Virus record (IMG/VR): IMGVR_UViG_3300025718_000005
Coordinates: 1,976 to 65,975 of that record
Direction: 5' to 3' (one strand)
DNA: 64,000 nt
DNA from: a virus
Lineage: Duplodnaviria > Caudoviricetes
Part shown: in pieces, positions 28,948-37,250 of the stretch
Layout: the number at the start of each line of letters is the position of its first letter
Numbering within the stretch: position 1 is the stretch's first letter
Notes under the pieces: model-generated
Seen by the model: the letters and a program-made list of their open reading frames with translations, nothing else
Databases searched by the model: none
Told to the model about the DNA's origin: nothing
Translations under genes and position numbers: made by a program

Positions 28948-29306
28948 TGCAAACAAAACCTGTGTTAGTGCCGCGATCTACAGCGATTAGTTGTAGATCA
29001 GCGCAGTGGACTTTGTATAACCCAGAGGACGTAGCAAAAAGACTAGATAAGCCTGTAGCCACTGTAGATTTAGCTCTTGAAGAAACAGGCTTCAATAAAG
29101 CTGTAAGAATCCGAGAAGATGTGATTAGGTGGAAAACAAATCTATTGACCGAGCAAAAGCAGATAGCCAGAGATCAACAAGAATTAAGACATAAGCAATT
29201 AGCATTAAAAACCAGAGCAAATCAAGTCGAAGAAATGTTAATTAATGTCCGTAATATTTTAAGGATACCGAGAGAAAAACCTACGCATGAAAGCAGGACC
29301 CGATGA
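28944..29306 (+). CDS. Hypothetical coiled-coil protein
   Basis: Coupled start; heptad pattern. Confidence 0.55.
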   Translation: MMQTKPVLVPRSTAISCRSAQWTLYNPEDVAKRLDKPVATVDLALEETGFNKAVRIREDVIRWKTNLLTEQKQIARDQQELRHKQLALKTRANQVEEMLINVRNILRIPREKPTHESRTR

Positions 29307-29591
29307 GTAAAGGGCCAAGTTTAGATGAAGTGGTAGACGGTTTTCGTGAGCAGGAAGGCAATAGCCGGCGGTGCAGACACGCTACACGGTTATCCAAGCG
29401 GGAACAGAAAATATTCACTTGGTTAAAAGAACTGCAGCGTAGGCGGAAGGGGGTAGAGTGATGGGTATAACAATTGTAATTATCGTGATGGCCATAATTA
29501 TTGCAACATACCCAAAATGGAGTTATAGGCAATGGTGCTATAGGTGCGAGAAAGATATTATCCCATTTACAGGTAGACGAAAAGGGGCAGA

Positions 29592-29825
29592 GTGATGATG
29601 AAGGAAGCCATTATAGTCTCCAACAACATCAAGCACTGTATCGACTACTGCTACTTTAAACGATTAAACCGAAATGATTACTATCTTGTTGATGATATAT
29701 ACCGGTTACATGGTCTGTCCCCAAACATACCAGTAATCATCACCCACTGCTCAGCCCCACTTGATGATAGTATGGCGGCGATGCTGAAATATAGGTTTAC
29801 TAACGTAACTCTAGAAAACTACTAA
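29592..29825 (+). CDS. Hypothetical protein
   Basis: Co-oriented small ORF with RBS. Confidence 0.45.
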   Translation: MMMKEAIIVSNNIKHCIDYCYFKRLNRNDYYLVDDIYRLHGLSPNIPVIITHCSAPLDDSMAAMLKYRFTNVTLENY

Positions 29826-29840
29826 GGGGACGTAATAATT

Positions 29841-30023
29841 ATGAAACATCTAATAGAAGGCATGAGATGCTACGACTGCAAGATGCTCCTGGTGGTATAC
29901 GATAGCCGGACGATTGATTGCTACCAGCGGGGGAATGGAACCCACCCAAGAGCAAAGAAGTGCAATAAACACATGGCAGGCACGCAAGGGTGGGCAGGGA
30001 AACGTGGGGAGGAACAAGCATAA
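29841..30023 (+). CDS. Small Cys-rich protein
   Basis: CYDC...C...C. Confidence 0.45.
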   Translation: MKHLIEGMRCYDCKMLLVVYDSRTIDCYQRGNGTHPRAKKCNKHMAGTQGWAGKRGEEQA

Positions 30024-30211
30024 TGGAATGCCCATACTGTGCACAACAATTAACCCATGACGATTGCTTTGGCCGGTTCGCGGCTCACCAGGACGGTAAG
30101 ACGTGCGGTGATATTTATAAGTGTAATAACGAGGAATGTGAAGCCTACCAGCAGCCGTTCTATACTTACCGACATGACGGGGGAGAGCTGCATGAAGGGT
30201 ATCCGTGTTAA
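30023..30211 (+). CDS. Small zinc-ribbon protein
   Basis: CPYC...CNNEEC; RBS GGAGG. Confidence 0.55.
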   Translation: MECPYCAQQLTHDDCFGRFAAHQDGKTCGDIYKCNNEECEAYQQPFYTYRHDGGELHEGYPC

Positions 30212-30238
30212 CACTAAAATAATAAGGAGGAATACTTG

Positions 30239-30541
30239 ATGAAAGAATTTATTAAGGTAACATCTTATGAGGAGGGAGTCACGGCTTATGTAAGAGCTAG
30301 CAGTATTACAGCGTTGGTTACGAGAGGCAAAGGGACATATCTTACAGTATTAGGTGCGGAAGACGCTAATCATGTACAAGAAACGCCTGAAGAAGTGTTG
30401 CAACTAATTGAAGAAGCGAGTCAATCGGATATAGTTTCTAGTGTATTTAACACTGTAACACTTAGTCCTGAATACGTGAATACAGGCATTGATCATATCA
30501 CTCAAGAAATGTTGCGGAAGATGAAGAATATCACTGTGTAA
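30239..30541 (+). CDS. Hypothetical protein
   Basis: RBS AAGGAGG. Confidence 0.55.
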   Translation: MKEFIKVTSYEEGVTAYVRASSITALVTRGKGTYLTVLGAEDANHVQETPEEVLQLIEEASQSDIVSSVFNTVTLSPEYVNTGIDHITQEMLRKMKNITV

Positions 30542-30547
30542 ATAAAA

Positions 30548-30578
30548 ACTACGTGCCTCGTTTTGCGGGGCACGTAGT
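30548..30578. terminator. Intrinsic terminator between convergent genes
   Basis: ACTACGTGCC...GGCACGTAGT stem. Confidence 0.75.
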
Positions 30579-30587
30579 ACGAATCAC

Positions 30588-30806
30588 TTATTTACCGAGG
30601 TTAGCCAAGGCGCTCCGTACTAGATACTGACTGATGGATATATCTAGACGAGTAGCTTCTGCTTTTATTAGATCAGATTGTTCGGATGTAGGGTATGCCT
30701 TGACCATGACCGTCGGTATTTCGTTGCGTGGACGGCCCGATCCAGGACGCGGTCCACCATGATTTAAACTAGGTATTATCAATTGTTTAGCGCTTGCTTG
30801 TGTCAT
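30588..30806 (-). CDS. Small DNA-binding protein (GGxRPGxG motif + ribbon-helix-helix-like), paralogue A
   Basis: HGGPRPGSGRP...KAYPTS...LIKAEATRLDISISQYLVRSAL. Confidence 0.7.
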   Translation of the reverse strand: MTQASAKQLIIPSLNHGGPRPGSGRPRNEIPTVMVKAYPTSEQSDLIKAEATRLDISISQYLVRSALANLGK

Positions 30807-30844
30807 ATGTAGACTTCCTTTCTTATTAAAGATGTGTACCACAA

Positions 30845-31204
30845 TTATTTACCTATGTTAGCCAAAGCGCAATTTACTAAGTACTGACTAACGGACAACG
30901 ATAAGCGATCAGCTTCAGCTTTAATTAGGTAGGCGTGATCAGAGGTAGGGTAAGCTTTTATCACAACTTTTTTAACATCACTAGGCTTCCCACCAGCTCC
31001 AGGACGATAACCACCTCTAGTATTAAATGTAAGACCTTTACCGTGGCCCACATATTTAGCATTAGCAATGTGGTTACCAGAATTATCGCTCACAGAACCG
31101 AACATACCCATGAACAGCTCCACGGCATTTTTAACACATTTTTTAAGTTTTCGGTTGTCGGGTTTAGTTAGCCCAATCATAGTGTCTGCATTGAATTTTG
31201 CCAT
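30845..31204 (-). CDS. Small DNA-binding protein (GGxRPGxG motif + RHH-like), paralogue B
   Basis: RGGYRPGAGGKP...KAYPTS...LIKAEADRLSLSVSQYLVNCAL. Confidence 0.7.
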   Translation of the reverse strand: MAKFNADTMIGLTKPDNRKLKKCVKNAVELFMGMFGSVSDNSGNHIANAKYVGHGKGLTFNTRGGYRPGAGGKPSDVKKVVIKAYPTSDHAYLIKAEADRLSLSVSQYLVNCALANIGK

Positions 31205-31447
31205 AAATAACCCCCAAAAACCCTGCTATCTATATAATGGTACCATGGGATCATAGAACCGTCAATGTGTATTTATTCTATATATTGGTAAACGTCTTGT
31301 TAGCTTTAACTGTTATTTGTGACTTACAGTGTCGTTGAGTATTTCAATTACTGAGGGAAAAGAGATGCCATGTTCTATGATCATATAGTACCGCGAAACT
31401 CGGAACACACGCCGCGTATGGGTTTGCAGGTGTTTTGGGGCCGTTAG

Positions 31448-31693
31448 AAAATATATATATTTGTTTTCAAATCGGACCCCTCTCTATAGTAACTATTACA
31501 GCAACAACAAAAGTAAAACAGTAAAAAGTTAAGCACCCTGAAACAAAGACAAATATATATATTTTATCTACAGTGATAAAAGGTATGAGGAACGAAAGGA
31601 GATGAGAAAAGAAAGAGAGAGAAGAGTATATTATATATACTATATATATTATATTTATATATTTATATTTATATTATTATATATAGTATATAT
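31448..31693. repeat. AT-rich non-coding region with two perfect inverted repeats; candidate replication origin
   Basis: 17-bp IR 31448-31464/31549-31565; 16-bp IR 31633-31648/31678-31693; 31627-31693 contains only two G/C bases. Confidence 0.7.
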
Positions 31694-31755
31694 GTAGTTA
31701 TTTTATTTAACTTCGTAGTTACCATTTATTTACTTTTACCTAAAGGAGCGATTAA

Positions 31756-32142
31756 ATGATTCAAGATACTTACTCTAAAAAGGCCGTAGAGTCGTGGCTG
31801 GAGAACTACCAGGCGTTAATTGCTGGCGACAGCTCAGCGGATGCTCCACCTTCCAATAGTGGCCCAAAAGCGTATGACGGTATAAACAACCGTATATTAA
31901 TTCGGATCATGTTAGAAGATGCGCTTAGCAAGTTACCTGAACATCTTTACAATACTGTTTGTCATAGGTGGTTAATGCCTGTGGGCAGGGATAAAGCTCT
32001 TGATTTATTGAGCTGTAGTAAAGATGTGTATTATGCCCGGTGCAATAAAGCTGTAGATACATTACACAGTACTATTAATGGCTTATCTGAGAACTACGTT
32101 CATTTACTGCATAAAGTGACAGAAATACCACCAGAATGTTAA
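31756..32142 (+). CDS. RinA/ArpU-like late transcriptional regulator
   Basis: Region-4-like pattern (ALSKLPEHL...ALDLLSCSKDVYYARCNKA); sits immediately upstream of the packaging genes. Confidence 0.65.
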   Translation: MIQDTYSKKAVESWLENYQALIAGDSSADAPPSNSGPKAYDGINNRILIRIMLEDALSKLPEHLYNTVCHRWLMPVGRDKALDLLSCSKDVYYARCNKAVDTLHSTINGLSENYVHLLHKVTEIPPEC

Positions 32143-32168
32143 AATATTGATACAATGCATTACATATC

Positions 32169-32204
32169 AAAAAGAGGTCGGACATAACAGTCTTACCTCT
32201 TTTT
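32169..32204. terminator. Bidirectional terminator-like hairpin
   Basis: AAAAAGAGGT...ACCTCTTTTT. Confidence 0.65.
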
Positions 32205-32231
32205 GTATTTTAATTATAAGAGAGGTGGCGC

Positions 32232-32438
32232 ATGACAACTTGTGATAATCATAGATGTGAGCATAATAGCGCTGGCATATGTGGGTTAAAGGATAGGTCT
32301 ATTGTTGATTGCTCATGTGTTAGCCGACGGAAAAAGCCAAAAGAAGAAGACTACTCTAAACTTATGATGGCCGGGAGGCCGAATTGTCATAGTTCAGGTG
32401 GTAAGTATAAATCAGATAGAGTGTCGTTAGTGAAATAG
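32232..32438 (+). CDS. Small Cys-rich protein
   Basis: CDNHRCEHN...C...CSC. Confidence 0.55.
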   Translation: MTTCDNHRCEHNSAGICGLKDRSIVDCSCVSRRKKPKEEDYSKLMMAGRPNCHSSGGKYKSDRVSLVK

Positions 32439-32448
32439 AGGTGAGGAT

Positions 32449-33120
32449 ATGGCAGGTACACCTGGTAATAAAGAGATATATAATCGACTAGATAGCGTGA
32501 TTACACCTGTTATACCTGGTGATATAAAAAATCATGACTTAACACCTATTGAGGACAATAGTATTATCCCCTTTGAAAAGCTGGAGGCTAGGCGTCAACG
32601 CTTTGTAGATGAATGGATGATTGATTTTAATAACACAAACGCGGCTATTAGAGCTGGTTATAGCCCTAGAAGTGCTAATGAGCAAGGCGCACACCTATTA
32701 GCCGACGTAAGTATTCGTGCGCATATAGACCGCCGCTTGGCTGAAGCTAGCCGTCGTACAGGTGTTAATGAGCATCGAATCGTCAGAGAGTTAGCCCGAA
32801 TATCGTTTGCAAACCCCGCCAATGCTATAGATGAAGAGGGCCGCATACGTGATACTGCCAGTGAGGATGACAAAGCTGCCATCCAATCAATCAAAGTAAA
32901 GACTACAGTAGGTAAGAACGGCACTACTACAGAGCGCGAGGTGCGCTTTTATGATAAGAATAAGTCATTAGAGCTGCTTATGCGCCATGGCGGTATGCTC
33001 ATCGAGCGTAAGCAGGTTGATGTGCACCAAACTATTGAGACCATGACCAGTGATGAACGTGAACGTAGGATTCAAGAGTTGTTGGCTAAGCGGAATACTA
33101 TTGATATTGAATGTGAGTAG
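32449..33120 (+). CDS. terS: Terminase small subunit
   Basis: RQRFVDEW.IDFNNTNAAIRAGYS.RSA...G..LL (Terminase_2 pattern). Confidence 0.9.
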   Translation: MAGTPGNKEIYNRLDSVITPVIPGDIKNHDLTPIEDNSIIPFEKLEARRQRFVDEWMIDFNNTNAAIRAGYSPRSANEQGAHLLADVSIRAHIDRRLAEASRRTGVNEHRIVRELARISFANPANAIDEEGRIRDTASEDDKAAIQSIKVKTTVGKNGTTTEREVRFYDKNKSLELLMRHGGMLIERKQVDVHQTIETMTSDERERRIQELLAKRNTIDIECE

Positions 33121-33222
33121 TGACTATTTTGTGCGTGTGGGGTGGATTTTCACTGGTTTTACAGTAACTAAAACAGTGGAAACCTATGAACGTGCGCAGT
33201 TACTGGGTTTGTGGCACTGTGT

Positions 33223-33254
33223 GAATGTTAACTAATATGTAAAAGTTAACATTC
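33223..33254. repeat. Putative tyrosine-recombinase core site
   Basis: Perfect 11-bp IR GAATGTTAACT-aatatgtaaa-AGTTAACATTC. Confidence 0.7.
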
Positions 33255-33494
33255 GATAGGTACAAGGGTTAAATACCTTATATAGTGCTGGTGTAGGGGG
33301 CTGGTAAAAAGTCTAAAAGTCGGAGCAAAAAATAAGGATTGTTAGTTTTCGGCCCGTCAACGCGCTGTCTACTATATGCGAAATTTTTAATACCAATAAA
33401 CTTCACCATTCTGAATAATTATTCCCCAAAACCATTATTAAAAATTTATATATAAAATACCCTACATATGAGGGTTTTTCTACGGTTACACCTC

Positions 33495-33542
33495 TTGACT
33501 GAATGTTAACTTTTAGTTATAATAAGTACATAAGTTAACATT
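33495..33542 (+). promoter_or_regulatory. Sigma-A promoter of the recombinase, overlapped by a second pair of the same repeat
   Basis: TTGACT(33495-33500)-17-TATAAT(33518-33523); GAATGTTAACTT 33501-33512 and AAGTTAACATT 33532-33542. Confidence 0.8.
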
Positions 33543-33561
33543 AAAAAAGAGGTGTACATAT

Positions 33562-34131
33562 ATGAATGAGAAAGGTTCATGCTCGACTGTCGAACCGATC
33601 AGAGATATTAAGCAACTTAACAAGATGAAGGCGTACTTACTAAAGAAAAATGAACGCGACTACTTAATGTTTGTACTTGGCATTAATTCCGGACTCCGGG
33701 TATCGGATCTATTAAGACTAACAGTTGAAGAGGTAGCCGGTGCGGATTTCATAATTATTAGAGAACAAAAAACTGGTAAGGTGAAACAGTTCTCGCTATC
33801 CGATGCTTGTAAGAAAGCTATCGCTACTTACTTAAAGAACAGCGGGGAAACTACTGGACCCCTGTTTAAGAGTCGCAGTGGTGATAAAGCGATTACTAAA
33901 ATGCAGGCGTGGCGCGTTATAAATGAAGCTGCGGAATATGCCGGTGTAACTGAGAATGTAGGCACTCACACGATGCGGAAAACTTTTGGGTATCATGCGC
34001 TTCGGATGGGGATTAGCATAAATAACCTGCAGGATTGCTTTAATCACAGCTCGCAGGCAGTGACTAGAAGATACTTAGGCATTACGCAAGACGAATTAAA
34101 CCGGGATGTATATTTAAAAATGAATTTATAG
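33562..34131 (+). CDS. Short tyrosine recombinase (catalytic domain only)
   Basis: SGLRVSDLL (R), EQKTGK (K), GTHTMRKTFGY (HxxR), FNHSS (H), TRRYLG (Y). Confidence 0.93.
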   Translation: MNEKGSCSTVEPIRDIKQLNKMKAYLLKKNERDYLMFVLGINSGLRVSDLLRLTVEEVAGADFIIIREQKTGKVKQFSLSDACKKAIATYLKNSGETTGPLFKSRSGDKAITKMQAWRVINEAAEYAGVTENVGTHTMRKTFGYHALRMGISINNLQDCFNHSSQAVTRRYLGITQDELNRDVYLKMNL

Positions 34132-34138
34132 ATTAGTA

Positions 34139-34236
34139 GACAGCGCGGCGTGGTGGGTTACACGCATGGCACAAATTCCGGATTAATCACTATCTGGTGG
34201 AAACGGTAAATAGCAGGTTCGAATCCTGCCGCTGAT
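34139..34236 (+). ncRNA. tRNA-like element (canonical T-arm and D-arm; non-canonical anticodon region)
   Basis: GCAGG-TTCGAAT-CCTGC T-arm (34213-34229); GCGTG/CACGC D-like stem; CAGCG/CGCTG acceptor-like stem; 47-nt centre does not fold as a standard anticodon arm. Confidence 0.5.
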
Positions 34237-34267
34237 TTAATAATAAAATTAAAATAAGTATATAAAA

Positions 34268-34302
34268 GAGCACTCATTAGGTTGGGTGCTTTTTCTTATG
34301 CC
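34268..34302 (+). terminator. Intrinsic terminator + TTATGCC before terL
   Basis: AGCACTCA...TGGGTGCT stem, T-tract, TTATGCC 34296-34302. Confidence 0.6.
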
Positions 34303-34333
34303 TATTTTTTATAACAGAAAGGTAGGCGATAAC

Positions 34334-35770
34334 TTGGCACTAACAAAAGAAGAAGACGATCTACTACTTGAATTACTAGATAAACAAGCTAAGCAAGCTG
34401 AGATTAACAAGATGTTTCTGCCGCAACCCGGGCCACAGACAGATTTCTTAAATAGTAAGGCTGATATCACAATATATGGCGGCGCAGCAGGGGGAGGAAA
34501 AAGTTTTGGAATACTGCTGTCATGTTTAGAAGATATTGATAACCCTAAATATGGGGCTGTAATCTTTCGCCGGACATCAATGCAGGTATTTGGTCAAGGT
34601 GGACTATGGGATGAGGCTGTTAACCTATATAGAGCCAAAGGCGGAGTGCCCGTACAAACACCAAGACCTACAATCAAGTTTCCAAATGGAAGCAAAGTGG
34701 CCTTCGGTCATTTACAACACGCTACAGATGTTCAGTCATGGGATGGATCACAGATTCCAGTGATTGCATTTGATGAACTTTGCCATTTTGAGCGTTCGCA
34801 GTTTATTTACCTTTTGAGCCGTAATCGTTCAAACAGTGGTTGTAGAAATAGAGTAATAGCTAGTTGTAATCCTGATGCAGATAGTTTTGTAGCAAATTTA
34901 ATCGAATGGTATATAGACCAAGATACGGGATTTCCTATTCCGGAACATGCTGGCGTTATGCGCTACATGACAATCATTGAGGATGCGTTTCAATGGGGAG
35001 ACACAAGGGAAGAACTTGCTGAAAGGTGTAATATTGAACCTAATCTTATTAAAACTTTCGTGTTTATACCCTCGCTTGTAACTGATAATAAAATACTCCT
35101 AAAAAACAATCCTACATATCTTGCTAGTCTTAATGCCTTAGGTACTGTTCAAAAAGGTAGATTGCTATATGGTAATTGGAAAATAAAAAATTGCGCTGGA
35201 ATGTTTTTCAAAAGAGATCAAGTTCAATTGGTTAATAAAATACCGGGTAAAATTCGTAGGCTTTGCAGAGCGTGGGACTTAGCTGCGAGCATACCGACGC
35301 CAAACTGTTCTAGCCCGGATGCGACTGCTGGCGTTCTTATGGCTAAACTTGACGATGGTAAATATATTGTAATTGATGTTATCCATGGAAGATGGACTTC
35401 TAATGATGTGCGTAAAATTGTACTTCAAACGGCAAAACAAGATAAGGCTAGGTACGGCAGGGTAACAATACGAATTCCGCAGGACCCTGGTGGGGCCGGG
35501 AAGGATCAGGCTGAGGGTTATCGAAAGTTACTAGCCGGTTTTATTGTGAAAACAAAACGAGTTACTGGTGATAAAGAAACAAGATTTGAACCAGCAGCGA
35601 GTAGTTTTCAAGCTGGTGATATCTATATACTTACTGGATCTTGGAATGACGGTTATTTTATGGAACTAGAAGCGTTTAACGAAGGCAAGCATGATGATCG
35701 TGTTGATGCTACCAGCGATTCGTATTCTGAGATAGTAATCGGTCGCTCATGGGCAGGCGTTATCAGTTAA
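34334..35770 (+). CDS. terL: Terminase large subunit
   Basis: YGGAAGGGKS (Walker A), IAFDEL (Walker B), SCNP, AWDLA, HDDRVDA nuclease motifs; TTG start after GAAAGGTAGG. Confidence 0.95.
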   Translation: MALTKEEDDLLLELLDKQAKQAEINKMFLPQPGPQTDFLNSKADITIYGGAAGGGKSFGILLSCLEDIDNPKYGAVIFRRTSMQVFGQGGLWDEAVNLYRAKGGVPVQTPRPTIKFPNGSKVAFGHLQHATDVQSWDGSQIPVIAFDELCHFERSQFIYLLSRNRSNSGCRNRVIASCNPDADSFVANLIEWYIDQDTGFPIPEHAGVMRYMTIIEDAFQWGDTREELAERCNIEPNLIKTFVFIPSLVTDNKILLKNNPTYLASLNALGTVQKGRLLYGNWKIKNCAGMFFKRDQVQLVNKIPGKIRRLCRAWDLAASIPTPNCSSPDATAGVLMAKLDDGKYIVIDVIHGRWTSNDVRKIVLQTAKQDKARYGRVTIRIPQDPGGAGKDQAEGYRKLLAGFIVKTKRVTGDKETRFEPAASSFQAGDIYILTGSWNDGYFMELEAFNEGKHDDRVDATSDSYSEIVIGRSWAGVIS

Positions 35771-35815
35771 GACACAGATGGTGTCTATTTTTTATACGTA
35801 AAGTGAGGTGATTCA

Positions 35816-37249
35816 GTGTCTAGGAGAAGGAACAAACAACCAATGCCAACAGAACCACAAAAGCAAAAACGATCATACCGTTCAGATGGATTCGTCAATT
35901 CTGTTATTGGCCATTCTAATAAACAAAAGGATCCTATGGCGAATTTTTCTTTTATCGCAAATCCTAGAATGTCAGATAGCTTACTATTAGCTATGTTCAA
36001 GAAAGCGGCTCTTGCTAAGCGCATTGTGAGTCTCCCAGCGGATGAATCTACAAAACACTGGATCGAGATCAAAGCTGACAAAGAAAAGTTGATAGAGAAT
36101 ATGCTAGATGTTCTTGGCGCAGAAGAAATATTTGCTGATGCTGTTCGTTGGTCACGATTATACGGTGGTAGCGTTATTCTTATGCTGGTGAATGATGGCC
36201 AAGGCCTTGAAGACGAATTGGATGAAAAAAATATTCAATATGTGGAACAGCTGAGAGTATACGATAAGACACAGGTTTTCTTTTGGGACAATCTGCTGTT
36301 GTACGATGACCCTGCAAGCAGTAAGTATGGTGAACCTATGTATTACCAAATCAATCCTATTGGGGGCAATCCGTTTTATGTGCATGAAAGCCGGCTATTA
36401 AAGTTTGCTGGCGATCCGATCCCTGATATTGAGCGTGTAGCAAATCAAGGATGGGGCGATACGGCTTTAGGTGCCCTTTGGGACGAAATCCTAAATAACA
36501 CCCACTGTCACAAACTAGCAATCTTAATCATGGAGCGTATGGGACAAGTAGTCCTCCAATTAGACGGTTTGCTTGAAGTTCTTGAGGAGGAAAATGGAGA
36601 TGCCCAGGTAAAAGCTCGTCTAGATACAATCGATATGGCAAGAAGCATCCTAAACACAATTGCTATCGACGCTAAAGACGATTTTAAAATTCATAACTTG
36701 TCAGTCTCAGGAATCTCTGACCTAATAGATCGTTTTGGATTCGCCCTTTCTGCAGCTTGTAACATTCCTTTCGTCATACTCTTCGGACATAACCCTAAAG
36801 GTAGTGGATTAAGTCAGTCAGGTGGTACTGACCTTGAAAGTTGGTACAATTTTGTTGGTCAGATACAAAAGAGGCATATAAAAAAACCTCTTTACAGGCT
36901 AATTAAACTGCTGATGCTATCGAAAAACGGTCCATTCAAGGGCAAAGAGCTGGATAAGTGGTGTATTGACTTCAAACCTTTATGGAGCCCAAGCGAACTA
37001 GAGCAGGCTCAGGCCAATGATGCTGACGCTAGTTCAAACTTCAAAAATGCCCAGGCCAATACCTTAATGATCACAAACAAAGTCCTCAGTAGCGCTGAAG
37101 TACAACGCAAACTAGGCTATACGCCTGAGGAAATAGTAATTATTGATGGCGAAGTATCTAAGGAGTCAGAAAGTAAGTTGGCCGATACTATTGGCCACTC
37201 ATTTAATGATGTACCCAACACTAATCCTGTTGATGTGGTGGTGAAATAG
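35816..37249 (+). CDS. Portal protein (DUF1073/HI1409-like)
   Basis: Position after terL; W.RLYGGS, HESR, IPFVILFG, SYN-like SWYN...Q motifs. Confidence 0.85.
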   Translation: MSRRRNKQPMPTEPQKQKRSYRSDGFVNSVIGHSNKQKDPMANFSFIANPRMSDSLLLAMFKKAALAKRIVSLPADESTKHWIEIKADKEKLIENMLDVLGAEEIFADAVRWSRLYGGSVILMLVNDGQGLEDELDEKNIQYVEQLRVYDKTQVFFWDNLLLYDDPASSKYGEPMYYQINPIGGNPFYVHESRLLKFAGDPIPDIERVANQGWGDTALGALWDEILNNTHCHKLAILIMERMGQVVLQLDGLLEVLEEENGDAQVKARLDTIDMARSILNTIAIDAKDDFKIHNLSVSGISDLIDRFGFALSAACNIPFVILFGHNPKGSGLSQSGGTDLESWYNFVGQIQKRHIKKPLYRLIKLLMLSKNGPFKGKELDKWCIDFKPLWSPSELEQAQANDADASSNFKNAQANTLMITNKVLSSAEVQRKLGYTPEEIVIIDGEVSKESESKLADTIGHSFNDVPNTNPVDVVVK

Positions 37250-37250
37250 T

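Noticed and set aside
31627-31693. Hairpin-telomere (protelomerase) site
   Set aside because: The IR arms are separated by 29 nt rather than forming a continuous palindrome, and no protelomerase-sized gene is present
33540-33560. Fifth copy of the 21-bp motif before the recombinase (ATTAAAAA-agagg-TGTACATA)
   Set aside because: Three mismatches, including the GAC core, in AT-rich sequence; may be chance, so not counted
33562-34131. The prophage integrase
   Set aside because: Only 189 aa, with no arm-binding or core-binding domain, and in the packaging module; the true integrase is expected left of the window beyond immA
35816-37249. Anti-CBASS (Acb1) function for the DUF1073 gene
   Set aside because: Position and motifs fit a portal; no 2H-phosphoesterase HxT motifs recognised
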